From the NCBI RefSeq assembly GCF_022045235.1, contig NW_027266341.1:37076001-37140000 (forward strand): 64,000 nt of DNA, in the 5' to 3' direction. Source of the DNA: Haliotis cracherodii. Its lineage: Eukaryota. The notes beneath the pieces are model-generated. The model was not told where the DNA came from and did not search any database. It saw only the letters and a list, made by a program, of their open reading frames with translations. A program made the translations under genes and the position numbers. Shown in pieces: positions 13,230-26,699 of this stretch. Every line of letters starts with the position of its first letter. The first letter of the stretch is position 1.

Positions 13230-13770
13230 TTATTTTCCAATTGCAATGTGATCCCCAATCACATTGATATACCTTTGGCAACTATGTTATGGGGATTTTA
13301 TCCCAGTTGTGGAAATCCTCGTCTCGGCTGTCGAAAGCGATCTCCACAGCTGCTATGGCATCATCGTTCAAGTGGAAATGGGTTCCATCTTGGGCTTCAT
13401 TCATGTCTGGGAACAGGTGGATTTTTTTCAGTTCAGATCAGGAGGAAAAGATGGGAGCTGAAATAGTGTTTGCCATTTTAGGTGTTTGGGATACCAAATG
13501 GTTCCATTTTTTCGCTTGTTGTCCTGACTCAGGATTGAAGTAGCGAACCCAGGTTTCATCCATAGTCACAAGTCGTTGCAAGAAGATTTCTGGATCAGCT
13601 TCAAGCAGAACTAGATCATCACGAGAAATGTTGTGCCTGGTGTGTGCCTGGTGTGTATTTGATCAGTCATCAGAAGATTTAGAATCCAACGAGCTGATGC
13701 TTTCTTCAGAGCAAAGCTTCCGCGATCCATTATTGCATGTTGCGTTTTATCAAATGCCAACATAATCAGC
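13230..13770 (-). pseudogene. Decayed mariner (DD34D-type) transposase
   Basis: Minus-strand translation gives LKKASARWILNLLMTDQIHTR (cf. KKVSARWVPHLL), FLQRLVTMDETWVRYFNPESGQQAKKW (first catalytic D, cf. IVTGDETW) and PPDL..HLFPDMNEAQDGTHF (cf. YSPDLAPSDFHLF). It has frameshifts, a stop and an internal deletion. Confidence 0.88.
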
Positions 13771-14734
13771 AGATATGCAGTTGGCACCCAAAGAATCAAG
13801 GATATAAACAGGAAAAGAGAAGATCAATTTATTCAACTAATCATTGTGCATAAATCAAGAAAGTAAGAGAATTGAAAATCTGTGCGAAGCTTCAAAACGT
13901 CTACATGTACAATGAAAGACATTGCGGTTGGCACAATATAACTATTGGTAATCTTTTTTAATATATCTATAAATGTTTAGATGTTGTCAGTGAGTGTAAC
14001 ATAAATTGCGGCCAATACAAGATGTATATATGACAGACATTGTTAGAGGGTCGAATACAGGATTTTCTTCATTTGATAAACCTGTAGGAAGGTTTTGTCA
14101 AGGCAAATGGTCCACATAAATTTCAAGATGTAACATTTCGAGTGCTTGTGCTCAGCCTGTTGGATGGAGTTACTCTTTTCACCACTATAACTGAATAATG
14201 AATCCAAATTTGAAAAAAGAGACAGACCATACATTATAGTGTATTCCTCCATGTACCCGATGTTGTCCTTTACATTCAACTTTGTGCATCCATAGGTCTT
14301 AGAACAGACATAACCACCGTCAAATAGCTGGAATATTGCTGAGAGTGTCGTTAAACAAAACACAAATGAACAAAATTGAACAGACATAATCATTTAGCCA
14401 ATATAACTGTTTTAAATGTCTATTCCTTTACACTCGTTGTGCATTGAGTACAATCACAAACGACGCCTTGGCTGTCATGATTGTGCATTTCTATATACAT
14501 TGTTTGTAGCATGTCATTATGTATATAGAGTTCGCGCAACTCTTACAACATGTGTAAATATATATACACATAGGCTGATAATGCACGTCTGTTTAAAACG
14601 TTCAACTGACGATAACGGTCGAGGATAATGATAGTTTTCCCTATTTCAATACGAGAAAATCGTTTAATGGCAGATGTACTCTGTACTAAAGGGCGACTTA
14701 TATTGTAAACATTCTGACAACGCCCAGCAACAGA

Positions 14735-16045
14735 CAACACACCCAGCAACACACAACCCCACAGTATACATACTTCACTCCACACAAATCCTATACTCCA
14801 CAGAATACATACATCACACTACACATACACCCCACATCCCACCCTCCACACAAACCACACACCACACAGACCCTATACTCCACAGAATACATACATCACC
14901 CACCCTACAAACACCGCACACCATACAGGGCGATATTCCATAGTATACACACATCACACTACACACACACACACACACACACCACACAAACCCTATACCC
15001 TACAGTATACAAACATCACACTGCACACCCACGCCACATTTACCACACACCACACAAACTCTATTCCTAAAGGTAATACATACACACTACACACCCACAC
15101 ACACCGACACTCCATACACACCACACACCACACACCACACAGACCCTATACCCCACAGTGTACATACATCATACTAGTACACACCTACCCCCACACACCA
15201 CCCTCTACACACGCAATACACCACACACACCCTATGCCTAAAAGTAATAAACATCACACTACACACCCACACACCACCACACCCCATACACCCCAAACAC
15301 CCCACACACCGCACAAACGCTATACCCCACAGTGTAAATACATCACACAACACACACACCCCACACCCCACCCTCCACACACGCAACACACAAACCCTAT
15401 AACCCACAGTATACATACAGCACACTATACACACATACCCCCACACGCCACCCTGTACACACGCAATACACCACACAAACCCTATACCCCACAGTATACA
15501 TACAGCACACTATACACACATATCCCCACACATCACCCTCTACACACGCAATACACCACACAAACCCTATACCCCACAGTATACATACATCACTTAATAC
15601 ACCCACCCCACACACACCACAAAAAAACCAATACCCCACAGTATACAAACATCACTATACACACCCACACACAGGCCTAATCCTCCAAACACACCACACA
15701 CCACACAAACCCTACACTCCATAGCATACATACATCATACTACACAACCACCCACACCCCACCCTCCACACAGACAACACAGGCGCTATGCCCCACAGTA
15801 TACACACACCACACACACACAATCGTCCACACACACCACACACCACACAGACCCTACACCCCACAGTATGTATACGTCACCTCCCCACACTCCACCATCC
15901 TCACACACCACGCAAACCCTTTACCCCACAGTATACACCCACCCACACCTACCCCCCCACACACCACACAGACCCTATACCCCACAGTAAACATACATTA
16001 AACAACGCAAACACCCCACACCCCACACCCCACACACACCACACA
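14735..16045. repeat. CA-rich complex minisatellite (core ACCCTATACCCCACAGTATACATACA..CACACTACAC)
   Basis: Many degenerate units with a strong strand bias; this generates the spurious His/Thr/Pro and Cys/Val/Gly ORFs. Confidence 0.9.
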
Positions 16046-16056
16046 AATGATTTATT

Positions 16057-16191
16057 GATGTCAACGCCTTTATAATGAGGAACATAACGTTTCAGAACAT
16101 ATGCCTACTCCTTCATCAGAAGGATGACCTGATGAAGGAGTAAGTGTATACTCCGAAAACTTGTGTTCCTCTTAATGAATAAGTTGACATC
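16057..16191. ncRNA. Inverted pair of minimal hammerhead ribozyme motifs (Penelope-type)
   Basis: + strand: CTGATGA-A-GGAGTA(agtgta)TACTCC-GAAA at 16129-16158. - strand: CTGATGA-AGGAGTAGGCATATGTTCT-GAAACGTT at 16119-16086. Outer inverted arms GATGTCAAC/GTTGACATC. Confidence 0.65.
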
Positions 16192-18186
16192 CATAATTTC
16201 TCTTCCTCGTTGTGTCACTGTTTTCGGATGTAACGTTTCATACGCTGTTCATATGCGTTTGTGTAGAAACAGTTGCTACAACAATGCCAATAAGCACTGT
16301 GAAAGATCCTTAATATTTGTAATACCTCATATCCTGTTAGTTCTACCCATGTCACATAAGAATGAGATACACATTCTCAGACCATTTTCTTCCTAAGAAT
16401 TATGATTATAAAAGTGTTGTATACATGTTAATTTGAGCTTTACAGTTGCCTGTGTGAATATACATCCTTGTAGATTAATCTCAAGAATTGCTTCCCTTGT
16501 CATTTAAACTTTATCTGAGTTAGAGAGTAATAATACAGAACAACCATGTACATAATAATACACTTTAAATTTTATTCAAACCGTAGATAAGAACAAATAT
16601 AATATATACACTAATGTGATGATTTACCATGGCTATATATTATGTCTGTCCTATTGAGTCAATGAGAAACAACAGACCACTATTACTCGTAGATTATGTC
16701 CAGCTAAAGATTCGACACAGTGGCCATAATTTAGAATAAAATGGTTTGAAATAATGGTATGTGTTGTATCTTTAAACGTACACACACACTCGTTTAGTAT
16801 GCAATTAAAATACATTCCCTAATAACTAAAAGTGCCGGTGAAAGAAATTAAGCTTTAATTTTATGTGTTCTTAACATAGGACAGTTCTTCGAGCCCATTT
16901 AATCCTATGTAGATTGTGTGCGTAGTCAGCTCTAAATATGTAATGAATAGTTTAGCACATTTATATTTGCGACATCATTAGTAATCCATTAGTGAGTGTA
17001 TACTGTGTACATGTAAGTGCAACTGTTCCATCTACAAATAATTCTTAACAAATACATTTGTTGTCTATATTTAGTATTTTGGTATCGTTGCAATTTAGTT
17101 AAAAAGAAAAGATTTGTCGCCACGTGCACTTTTTTTCATAACTGGTGGGATGAGTGATTGTTTGAGTGTAATATTCATTAATAGGCTGAACTGTAGAATT
17201 AAAGGATCAGAGACTGATGTGTTTGCAATTGCTTTTATTATACTAAAATCATAATTTTCCCCATAAAACTCTATCAAATGTGAGACAATAATGTTTGAGG
17301 AACATATACCATTTTAAGAATTATAATTCCACGAATTCTCGTGCACGTGCAATATGCATAGTACTTATTTCGTCATTGATATGAGAGTGACAGAGGCAAT
17401 TTGGTATAAAGATTGTTCAAAATGCATTATATGGTTTTGAAGTTTGGTGTTATTATTATCGTATGTCCGCCTGTGTTGTGCCATGTTTCCTCAAACATCA
17501 TTTTAAAAAGATACCTTTTGGTTGCTGAAGTTGTGACATTCTGCGAAACGCCCTTATGAAATGATTAAGAAAATCTAAAAATATACGTGAAATAAGGTGT
17601 TGCCGGAAAGTCAGCTGTATTAGGTTAAATCCAATATGCAAGCGATAACATGTTTTCATAAATGTATGTATTATTATGAAAAACATAAACTCTAAAGAAA
17701 ATTAGTGTGTGTATATTTTGATATAAAATTCGTTAGCTACACTTAACAAATGTTTCTCGACCTCACTCTGCCCTAGGAGTAGATAAATGTGTTCGTTTAT
17801 CTATCCAGTATAAAGATAATTCTCACAGGAGTTCTTTTCTTTCTATTTAACGTCGACACCAGAGGGTAATCAGTCTCGATTATCTGCCGAAACAGATTCC
17901 ATTTTGCGTCAAAAGGAAAATAGTTGTGAACATTATATGAATGGATCACTGAAAATCAGTGAACCTTTCAACTATCCTCAGCCTCAGAATTTCAATGATA
18001 CTGAGCATTTTACAAACTAAGATAATATTCACCATCGACGTGAGCATTGTCAGCGTTCACCACTTGCTACCACTTGTACCACAATAATGGCATGAGGCTT
18101 GTTGACGAGAGACCTTGTTTCCCGTATTACATTTCCACTATTCTGCGTATTATGTTTACCAAAGTGGTTTTGGACCGAATAGTTCT

Positions 18187-21100
18187 CTACCACTGTAGGC
18201 TTGAATACACGTGCTCGTCAGTGTCGTTTGTTCGCATGGCTTGGGTATGTTCAGAATTGTTACCCATTGTAGGAGCAACAGATGTAGCCGGAGGGGCTGC
18301 TCTACTCGGTGGGGGATAGGCGGCTTGTCCTGCCATTGGTGGATTTGCTTGTCTCGCCATTGGTTGATTTCCTTGTCTTGCAATTGGTGGATTTGCGGCT
18401 TGCCCTACCATTGGTGGATGGACGGCTTGTCCTGCCATTGGTGGATGGAAAGGTTGTCCTGCCATTGGAGAATAGGCTTGTACTGGTCCTGGTCCTATCT
18501 GAGGAGAGTAGGGTGGTGGAGGTTCCGCCATCCCAATAGGTGGAGGGTGAGGTGTTCCAGGAGGAGGCTGAACCGTGTGCACATATCCTGCATTATATGC
18601 AGCAGTGGGTGGGTTCCCGGCTGGATAGAACAAGCATTATGTTCGTATAGTATAAAGATGGGGGTTCTGAGGCTGTGTATTTAAGAGGACCAACGACTGT
18701 TAAGTTGTTTGTCATACATCTGACTTTAGGACTTTTCATATATAATGAGAACAAAATACAATGGACATTGATCTACAGTAATTACACTTTACAGAGTTAG
18801 TTGTCAAAGCATCATATGTGCCACAACTTTGAATCCCTTATTTGTGTTTGTTGTTTAATGCTGCTCGCCGCAATATTCCAATTATATGAGTATGTTTAGT
18901 ACCTGCAGATATGACGGTAAGTTGTTGGCTGGTGGTCACTACCTGACCCCGGTGACCTCGGGATGACCTACAGCAGCAGACACAGCACACGACTATTCCT
19001 GCAATCGCGGCGATCAAGACGCCGACACCAACCACGACCCCGATTATCAGTCCCGTCGTTGAAGGATTCCCGCCGTCAGAGCTGTTATTGAGGTTAGAGA
19101 GAACACAATGTTATGTAAAGAAGCGATCTGGTATACCTACATAGTGACTACTGATTTTACACATATTGACTTATGACTGATTTTCACACGTATCTTCGAC
19201 AAAGGTCATTCCAATCTATTTTCTGTTAATTCTATTCATTACTGTTAATCAACGCTAACATACACCCTATTTACATTTCGCACAATGCATCAAACTGTAT
19301 TTTACATCACTATGTGTGATAGAAATATATAAATTCTTCTCAATTTCTTCGGAAATTAACATTTATATTATGTAGAAACATTTATATATAATGCACCTCT
19401 GTGGGGCCAAATGGAATTGCAATAATATAACGTTACGTAAAAGTTAAACTAATATTATTACTGCCCTCGAATTGTTCATATTAACGACAATCAGCTTTAT
19501 CATATTTTTATTATTTTTTATTTTTTATTATATCATACTTTATTACTATCACTTAAATTAGCGGATAAAACCATGTTGCGAATTCCAAAAGAAAGCTGAA
19601 GGATAATGAAAACAAATATTTTTTTAACCATATGCATATATTTCAATAATTATAAAATTAGTTATAAAATATTTATCAATATTGTTAAAAATTCCAGAAA
19701 GATCACAGTCTAATGAATAATGATCACGATGTGTAAATATTGATAAGGCAGACTCTTACAGACGTGTATTTTTTTTAATACAACAATTAAAAAAATATTG
19801 TATATTCCTCAAACAAATGTTAACGTAATTATAAACTTTGTTACATCTCATACGTATACAGAATGTTATTTTCGAATGTTAATCAGAAGAAACGTACAAT
19901 ATCTTTGGCCCAGTTCAGATGTAACGATTGAAGCTGACAGACACATAAGTACACCTAGACGTTTGAGATTATGTTCCCATTGTTCCTTAAGTGAGTGACG
20001 AGTGAGTATGGTTCTACCCCGCTTTTAACAATATGCCAGCAATATCACAGGGTAGGACACCGGAAATGGGTTTCACACATTGTTCCCATGTGGGGAATCG
20101 GCGTGACGAGCGAACGCTTTAACCACTAGGCTACCCCACCGCCCCCATTGTTCTTTGAACGAGGTTGAAGATGAATAACCATTTTATAAGTATGTTGCAA
20201 ATAAAATCAATTTTCGAAAATATTATATTGAACGACAATATCATGTACATCCCAATGGAAATAAACACACTTTATGTCATGTTCCTAAGGCAAGATAATT
20301 CGTACCCTTTAAATGTTTAGAATATCATGCTGTGTCAGTTCGAAATCATCCCTGTAAACTCGACAAACGCTTCTGTATTCTTTAAATTATGCACCTTTGC
20401 ATCTACAGTATTACAGAAAAAAAACCTTATATCTACCATACCTTATGCTATCTTCATTTACATCACAAAGTATTAGGTCATACTACTAGCTGGTCGAAAA
20501 TGACAAACTTATCAACCAAATATTGGAATGGTGCACCAGGTTTTTATAAATTAGTCTTTTTTTAAAATGTGTAATGCCAAAAGTCATCTGGAAGCTGACT
20601 GTGATATTGTTATGATATTAAACAAACAAATGGTTGCATTTTGCTGTTCAGAAAATAATAAATTATTTGTTACTGTTTCCTCTTTTGAGTCTGTAACGAT
20701 TGGTCGCAATACACACACCGTGGATACTTGTGAAATCCTTATTAATATGATCAAGTCAGAAACTTTTGTTATTCTATTAGTCTACTTGTAACAGTTGACT
20801 ATATACAGTGAAAGCAAGAAAATAGAGTGATGCATATGTACATACTCACCAGCAATATCGGGAAGAGCTTATTCCACAGCATGAGTCAGTACATGTTAAT
20901 GTCCTGGTTTTAAAACTGCTGTACTCGTAACATATTTCATAGGCAGACACTGGAAAAAAACAGACCCAGGAAGTAGTTAGATAAACTGTAAAGATATGCA
21001 TGTGTAAGGGTGAATGTTATCCTGCCCTATTTTTTATCCCGGGAATGCAATTCTCTAGTGTCAGGATGATTCTCCCCAGTGAATATGAAGCTATACCAGT

Positions 21101-24100
21101 GTGTTTAATCCTATCAACATATATACTCTAGAGTAAAACTTTCCCCGTGATAATATTTAGGTAGGATATAATCCTTGCTTACACATACACACATTTTTGT
21201 CCATTGTGGTGAATGAATCAGTGTATGTATTATTTCAATACTGAACACCTCGGGCAAATACAGTAAACTACGGTTATAACGAACTCAAAGGGACCGCTAA
21301 ATTTAGTTCGTTATAGCCGTAGTTCGTTAAAAGCACATTTACAGCATATATACAGCAAATGGACGGGACCAATAAACAGTTCGTTATATCCGTCAGTTCG
21401 TTATAAGCGTGTTCGTTGTAAACGTAGTTTACTGTAGTACAAAATATTGTAGAAATAGATTTGGAGACGACCTAAATAATATTGTATGATATTCACAAAT
21501 GTAGTATATGCATGAGGATTTTCGGGATGTAGCATTCGTGGTAAGTAACCTTCATGATCACTCACTCATAATTTATTTTTACATAAATACTGTACTTGAA
21601 AAAATTTTCAGGAAGTAGAACAGACATGTAAATATTTTATAGTTTCTTGGTGTATTGAACAGCTATCATCGTGGTTTGCGACGCTGGTTCAATTATGAAA
21701 AAGCAGAACAGAAATTGACGCAGAAAACACCTTGTTGTTGGCACTCAAGCATGTCAAGTTAAATCTCATAGAAAATACCGTTTCCCCTTACACTCTATGA
21801 ATATGACTTTGCATCATCGCCTATAGTTGAGTCACTTTACCTTTTTGAAATGCACGTTCCGAATATGAATTCCTAGGTCAGAATCAACTGCAACAATGGC
21901 GTGATGTCACCATACTTGTTTAATGAGGATAAACACATTATTAATGGTTAAGTACCCGTGTCAAAATCCAGTACGCTCTTTGACAATGGTACGCTCTATG
22001 ACTATCGCAAACGTATGTTAAAGTATGGGCGTTACGAACACTAAGATCAGGGTCCTGAACGCCTTACGTCTGATTTGAACTAAATGATTGCTAAATATGC
22101 TTATCAATGTAAGTAAATCCCCTGTAATTATAAACGTGTTTGATACATCCCTCTCTGTGTACACGAACAATAATACATAACAATGCAAACATCTTTTACT
22201 TTAAATTATTTTGCATATGCCTTTTAAACTTCTGCGTAATTACGCGGTATTCCGCATCATTTTTTAAACAGATCTACGTAGCTTCGCAGACACTCTGCTG
22301 AGCTACGCGGATATTTGCGAAATTAATTTTCCCTTGACAAAGTAGACACAATTAATGGCTAACAACTTCTTTATTTACTGTAAATGCGATGTTTCGTTAT
22401 TGATTCTTTTGCCGTTGTCAAGCAAGGCTGAATAATGAACATGGTACAGAATATATATACATGTAGTAGGTGGAGGACTAACAGTAACAACATAAGTGAC
22501 GTTAACATGAGTAGGTTAAATAATGACAACGGAAGGATAATACTGTAACAACATGATGGACAGAGAACACATGATGGGGAAGCCAACAAGACAGGAAGCT
22601 AATTCAACAGGATTTAGTGCACATAGGAGGGGTGATTATTGCTGAATAAGTTCATAGTAGGTGGATGGGATGAAATAGCCTTGATATATTTTGACTGGTG
22701 GCTTGCGACGGCGAATGTGGACTGCTTCTGTCAGCTTTCTTTCAGTGAAGTCCTGGGGGTCTCATGGGGGTTGTTGGAGATGATGTTGACGTTTTCCCAG
22801 TTGATGTTGTGACTGGGGCAGTTATCTGTCAATAATCAAGTCTGGACCAGACAATCCAGTGAGCACTGATCTACACAATTGGATACGATGACATGCATGA
22901 ACGACAAGCATAGTCGCCTTTTATGGCAAGCATGGGCTGTTGGAGACCTGGTCTAAATAGGATCTTCACAGGTACATCACGTTTGATTATATTTTCAATT
23001 GAAAAGTTAGCGATATTATATCCAAATACCAAAGTGTACCAGCGCTAAGTCAGCACTCGAAGACTACTTTTCATGCTTATATTTTTTAAACTTTAATTTG
23101 ATTTAAAACCTTTATTTCAAAAGTGTCGAATTATTTGAACGCACATTACGATACCGTACATGGCAAGGTGAAGCAAGGTATAGTTAATGCCATCACGTGA
23201 CCCTGGTACCATGATGACAAACACAGTTAACTTTTTCCTGTTTGACCCTGGATTCGAATTCTTTAAGACTACGTTATACCCTGTCCAGAATTGTGCAAAT
23301 AGAAACAATTATGTGAGTCATTTGAACGCACATCAAGATGAGATAACACATCATGATACAGGTAGCTTACTCATCAGTTATGAAATTGTGTGTCGGCACA
23401 CGTGACCAAACTTACAGAAAAAAGGGTATGTCAAGGTGTAGGTAACTACTTCCACTGACGACAGTTGATGTACATAACACATTAGTTACAAACCATTACA
23501 AAATATGGTGCTGTCTTATTGGCCGTGTGTCTGATAGTAATGTTCTGACACTATTTTACACGAAGACGGAACCATATTTAGTAATTGGTTTTAATTTACA
23601 TAGAATAGAAATTGAACTATATACGTCTAATGCCAATGCTTATTTAGTCATCAAATTTGTGGGAGTAATGCACTTCTGGCATTATTATGGCAGGGATATT
23701 TCGCAAAATGGTTTTTATTTATCAAACATTACCTGCATTCCATTCACAATGTAGCATCACATATAGAGAGTATCAAATATAGAGAAGACAAATCTGTACT
23801 TCTTTGTAGGACATTGAATAAATGGAAATTAAGTATAGTGTAATGGTTAACGTCATCTGAAATGTTCCACAGATGTTTTGTTTAGTTTGTTTAAAGATCA
23901 ATTAGTCGGTGTGGAATAAGCTAGGTTTTACCTTACTCCTTACTCCTTAAAGCTTCATGTAACATACTTTTAATATACCAGGTGTGTTTTGAATAATTTG
24001 TTTCAATGGCTCGAACGTAGTTCTCTCTTTGAGTTCCTCTTACGGATCTGCTTCCCATGTCTGTTCACACATTCTGAACGCGGTAAATGGGGCATATGAC

Positions 24101-24212
24101 AGTGTCACCATTTCGTTAAACAGTACATTGACAATGTGCATTTCCGTTGAAATCGAATCCCTGTACCTGTACCTGTACACACACACTCACACACACACAC
24201 ACACACGCGCGC

Positions 24213-24245
<33 letters not shown>

Positions 24246-25791
24246 CAAAAGCGTGGCTATGTTAGTGCAGTAATCTAACCCGTGACTGGGAATACATACT
24301 TAACTCCATACTGCCGCTTATTTCATGTATCTGAACTTGTCGTTAACATAACCCACTCTCTTACCCAGAGTTCCTTGCGGCCAGCATAGTACCACTGCAA
24401 CAGGGCGGCGACATGTGACGATTCGTCAAATCTTACTCAGTCCATTCAAGATGGTGCACATGTTTTTCATCTGTTTCATTTTTGACGAGTCTACATATTT
24501 ACATAAACGTATGTCACAGAATGGATGACTTTCATTGAGAAAACTTCCTAAAACGTGAAAAACTAATCCATTTGCGTGTTTATATTTTTGCGCTGTCATC
24601 GAAGCCCTACGACGAGCTAGAGATACGGCCACTGTAAGGATTCATCCACGTCCTGCTACACAAGTCACTGTCGTAGTTGTAGCAGCGTATCCATATAATA
24701 ATGCAAAGGAATGTGAAGCGCACCGAAAGGCTTGCATTGGGCCCCTCTTTTCCGATTTCAGAATAAGCGCGTAAGCTTACAAACAAGAAAAAAGTCCGGT
24801 CACGTGATATGTAAATTAGCTTGTGGCAGTGGTGTTAATGCCAAGTCATTGCTGCCCCGGTTGTGTAACATTACTATTTCAAAGGCTGATACACTTCGCA
24901 TGTTCAAATTGCCAGGCGACTGGGGCGTGACGACGTGTACTTTACATCCTGTCTCACCTCGCCGACTCATACGCCATGAATACTGTACATTCCTGATAAC
25001 ATCTGACTGAACGCGTCGAGCCATAACTGCGACACAGAGAGATATGCGATGAATGAGTGAGTGAGTTTGATTTAACGCCGCTTTGGACAGTATTTCAGTT
25101 AAATTACAGCATGTCAACTTAACGTGGAGGAAGATGCCGAGTGATGTAGGGTTAATAGGTCTTGTGAAAGCACAAATATGGTACTGTTAAACCATTCCTG
25201 GGTTCTGGGATTCGAACAATGGCATGACAAAGGGACACAACTCTGACATCCGTGTCACCAGGTGAAGGAAGTGTCTCAACTCTTGAATTGCGAAGTCAAT
25301 ATTCATCTTTAATTAATGCCAAATACATTTATGGACTAGACACAGAAGCATTTAGAAGCCGTGGGGAACATGTAATTTATTTTCACATTAACGACGTTTA
25401 TCGTGTATCATATTAAGCTAATTTTCTTGCGTATCTTTTGAGATCGACCAGGCTGAAGTTATTGTCACAAATGAACCTGTGACGAGCTAAGATTCTTTAT
25501 CGGGTCATTTGCGGGTAACTAAATCTGACATAGATATTTGATGTTGATTCAGGTTTTTTGTCACCGTTCCCAAACTGATCACGAGGACACTATAACACGG
25601 AGCTGTTTAGATCATGTACGTTCACTGATAGTATCTAGGTCAGAGGTGATCTGTTCTAACGGCACAGTGTCATGTCACTCTGTGTAGATGTAGACGTTAC
25701 ACTTATAATGACCAGTGGTCTACAAATGATGTGAATACTTACCAATAGAAGCTACACAGAGAAGAGTCCACCCAGTTTTCAGAGAAATCAT
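18187..25791 (-). CDS. Shisa-like/CYYR1-like single-pass membrane protein, paralog A (253 aa; 4 coding exons)
   Basis: Exons 25791-25743 (49 nt, MISLKTGWTLLCVASI), 20949-20850 (SAYEICYEYSSFKTRTLTCTDSCCGISSSRYC/C), 19081-18903 (TM GLIIGVVVGVGVLIAAIAGIVV then CCVCCCRSSRGHRGQVV) and 18620-18187 (Pro-rich tail with PPPPY, ending DEHVYSSLQW*). GT-AG sites, phases 1-2-1, 762 nt uninterrupted. Confidence 0.9.
19990..20146 (-). mobile_element. tRNA-derived SINE, family 1
   Basis: Head GGGGCGGTGGGGTAGCCTAGTGGTTAAAGCGTTCGCTCGTCACGCC on -; TSD CCCATTGTTC. Confidence 0.88.
21261..21434. mobile_element. Tc1/mariner-pogo-type MITE
   Basis: TIRs CAGTAAACTACGG/TTTATAACGAAC...CGTAGTTTACTG flanked by a TA TSD. 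Confidence 0.85.
22830..22975 (-). mobile_element. SINE family 3, partial
   Basis: GTCTGGACCAGACAATCCAGTG..GATACGATGACATGC..GCATGGG matches the 46325-46587 copy. Confidence 0.7.
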
Positions 25792-26699
25792 CTTGCTACA
25801 ACACGACACTCCCTACACGCAGCAGTGCGTCTGACTTGAGAGATGATGTTACTGTTTTGTGTGGAAGCAGCGAAGCACATCTTACATCGCCATTCTAAAT
25901 ATACCACACTGAACATACAGTCACAAACAAAGTAATTAAGCTATAACATATTCTCGTCCTCAGCTAACACGTTCAATGTTTAGCTCTGGATCCGAATCAC
26001 ACCAATTACAGGCTGATTGTCAGTTTTCTGCTTATATTACTATGTTCGATGTACACCGTGATCATCGCGATCTTGCATTCTAGTGGGGAACTGGGATGCA
26101 CCGGTGGCTCTGATTTTAAAGACGCCGCAATTTGATGCGCAGTTGCCTTCCTTGGGTATGCCGGAAACCTACCATCATGGATTCGAATCCCTGCTTAACC
26201 TGATTTTGTTTCTAGGTTTTTCTCCTACTTCAAGCTGACACGTCATGATGAAATACCGTGAAATGCAACGTGAATATCACTCACTATCCCAATCATCCAC
26301 CCACCTACACACTCACCTTCCCATACACCAACCTACTCACTCATACACCCACTCACTCATGCACTCACTCACTCACTCACTCACTCACTCACTCACTCAC
26401 TCACCCGCCCACCAAAACACTCACCTTCCCACAAACCAGCCTACTCACTCACACAACCAGTCACTCATGTACTCACTCACCCACCCAAACTCACTCAGTT
26501 TGGAAGTTAGAGTGAATCTCTAACACGGGGGTGCTAATGACCCATGCTTGTCATTTCCATGACCGTATAGATTATACCCGAAGACCATGAATGTCATTGC
26601 GTTGTGTTTACAGCAGTTCAAATGGAAGGTATGTAAAGTGAAACCCGTTACTCAGGGCGGTAGCGGTCCCGTTGAAATCTTTCAATTTTACAAATGTCC

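Noticed and set aside
14543-14785. ORF with a signal-peptide-like start (MWSEVCILWGCVLLGVLSVAG)
   Set aside because: The hydrophobic start comes from the reverse strand of the CA-rich minisatellite, and there is no supporting exon structure.
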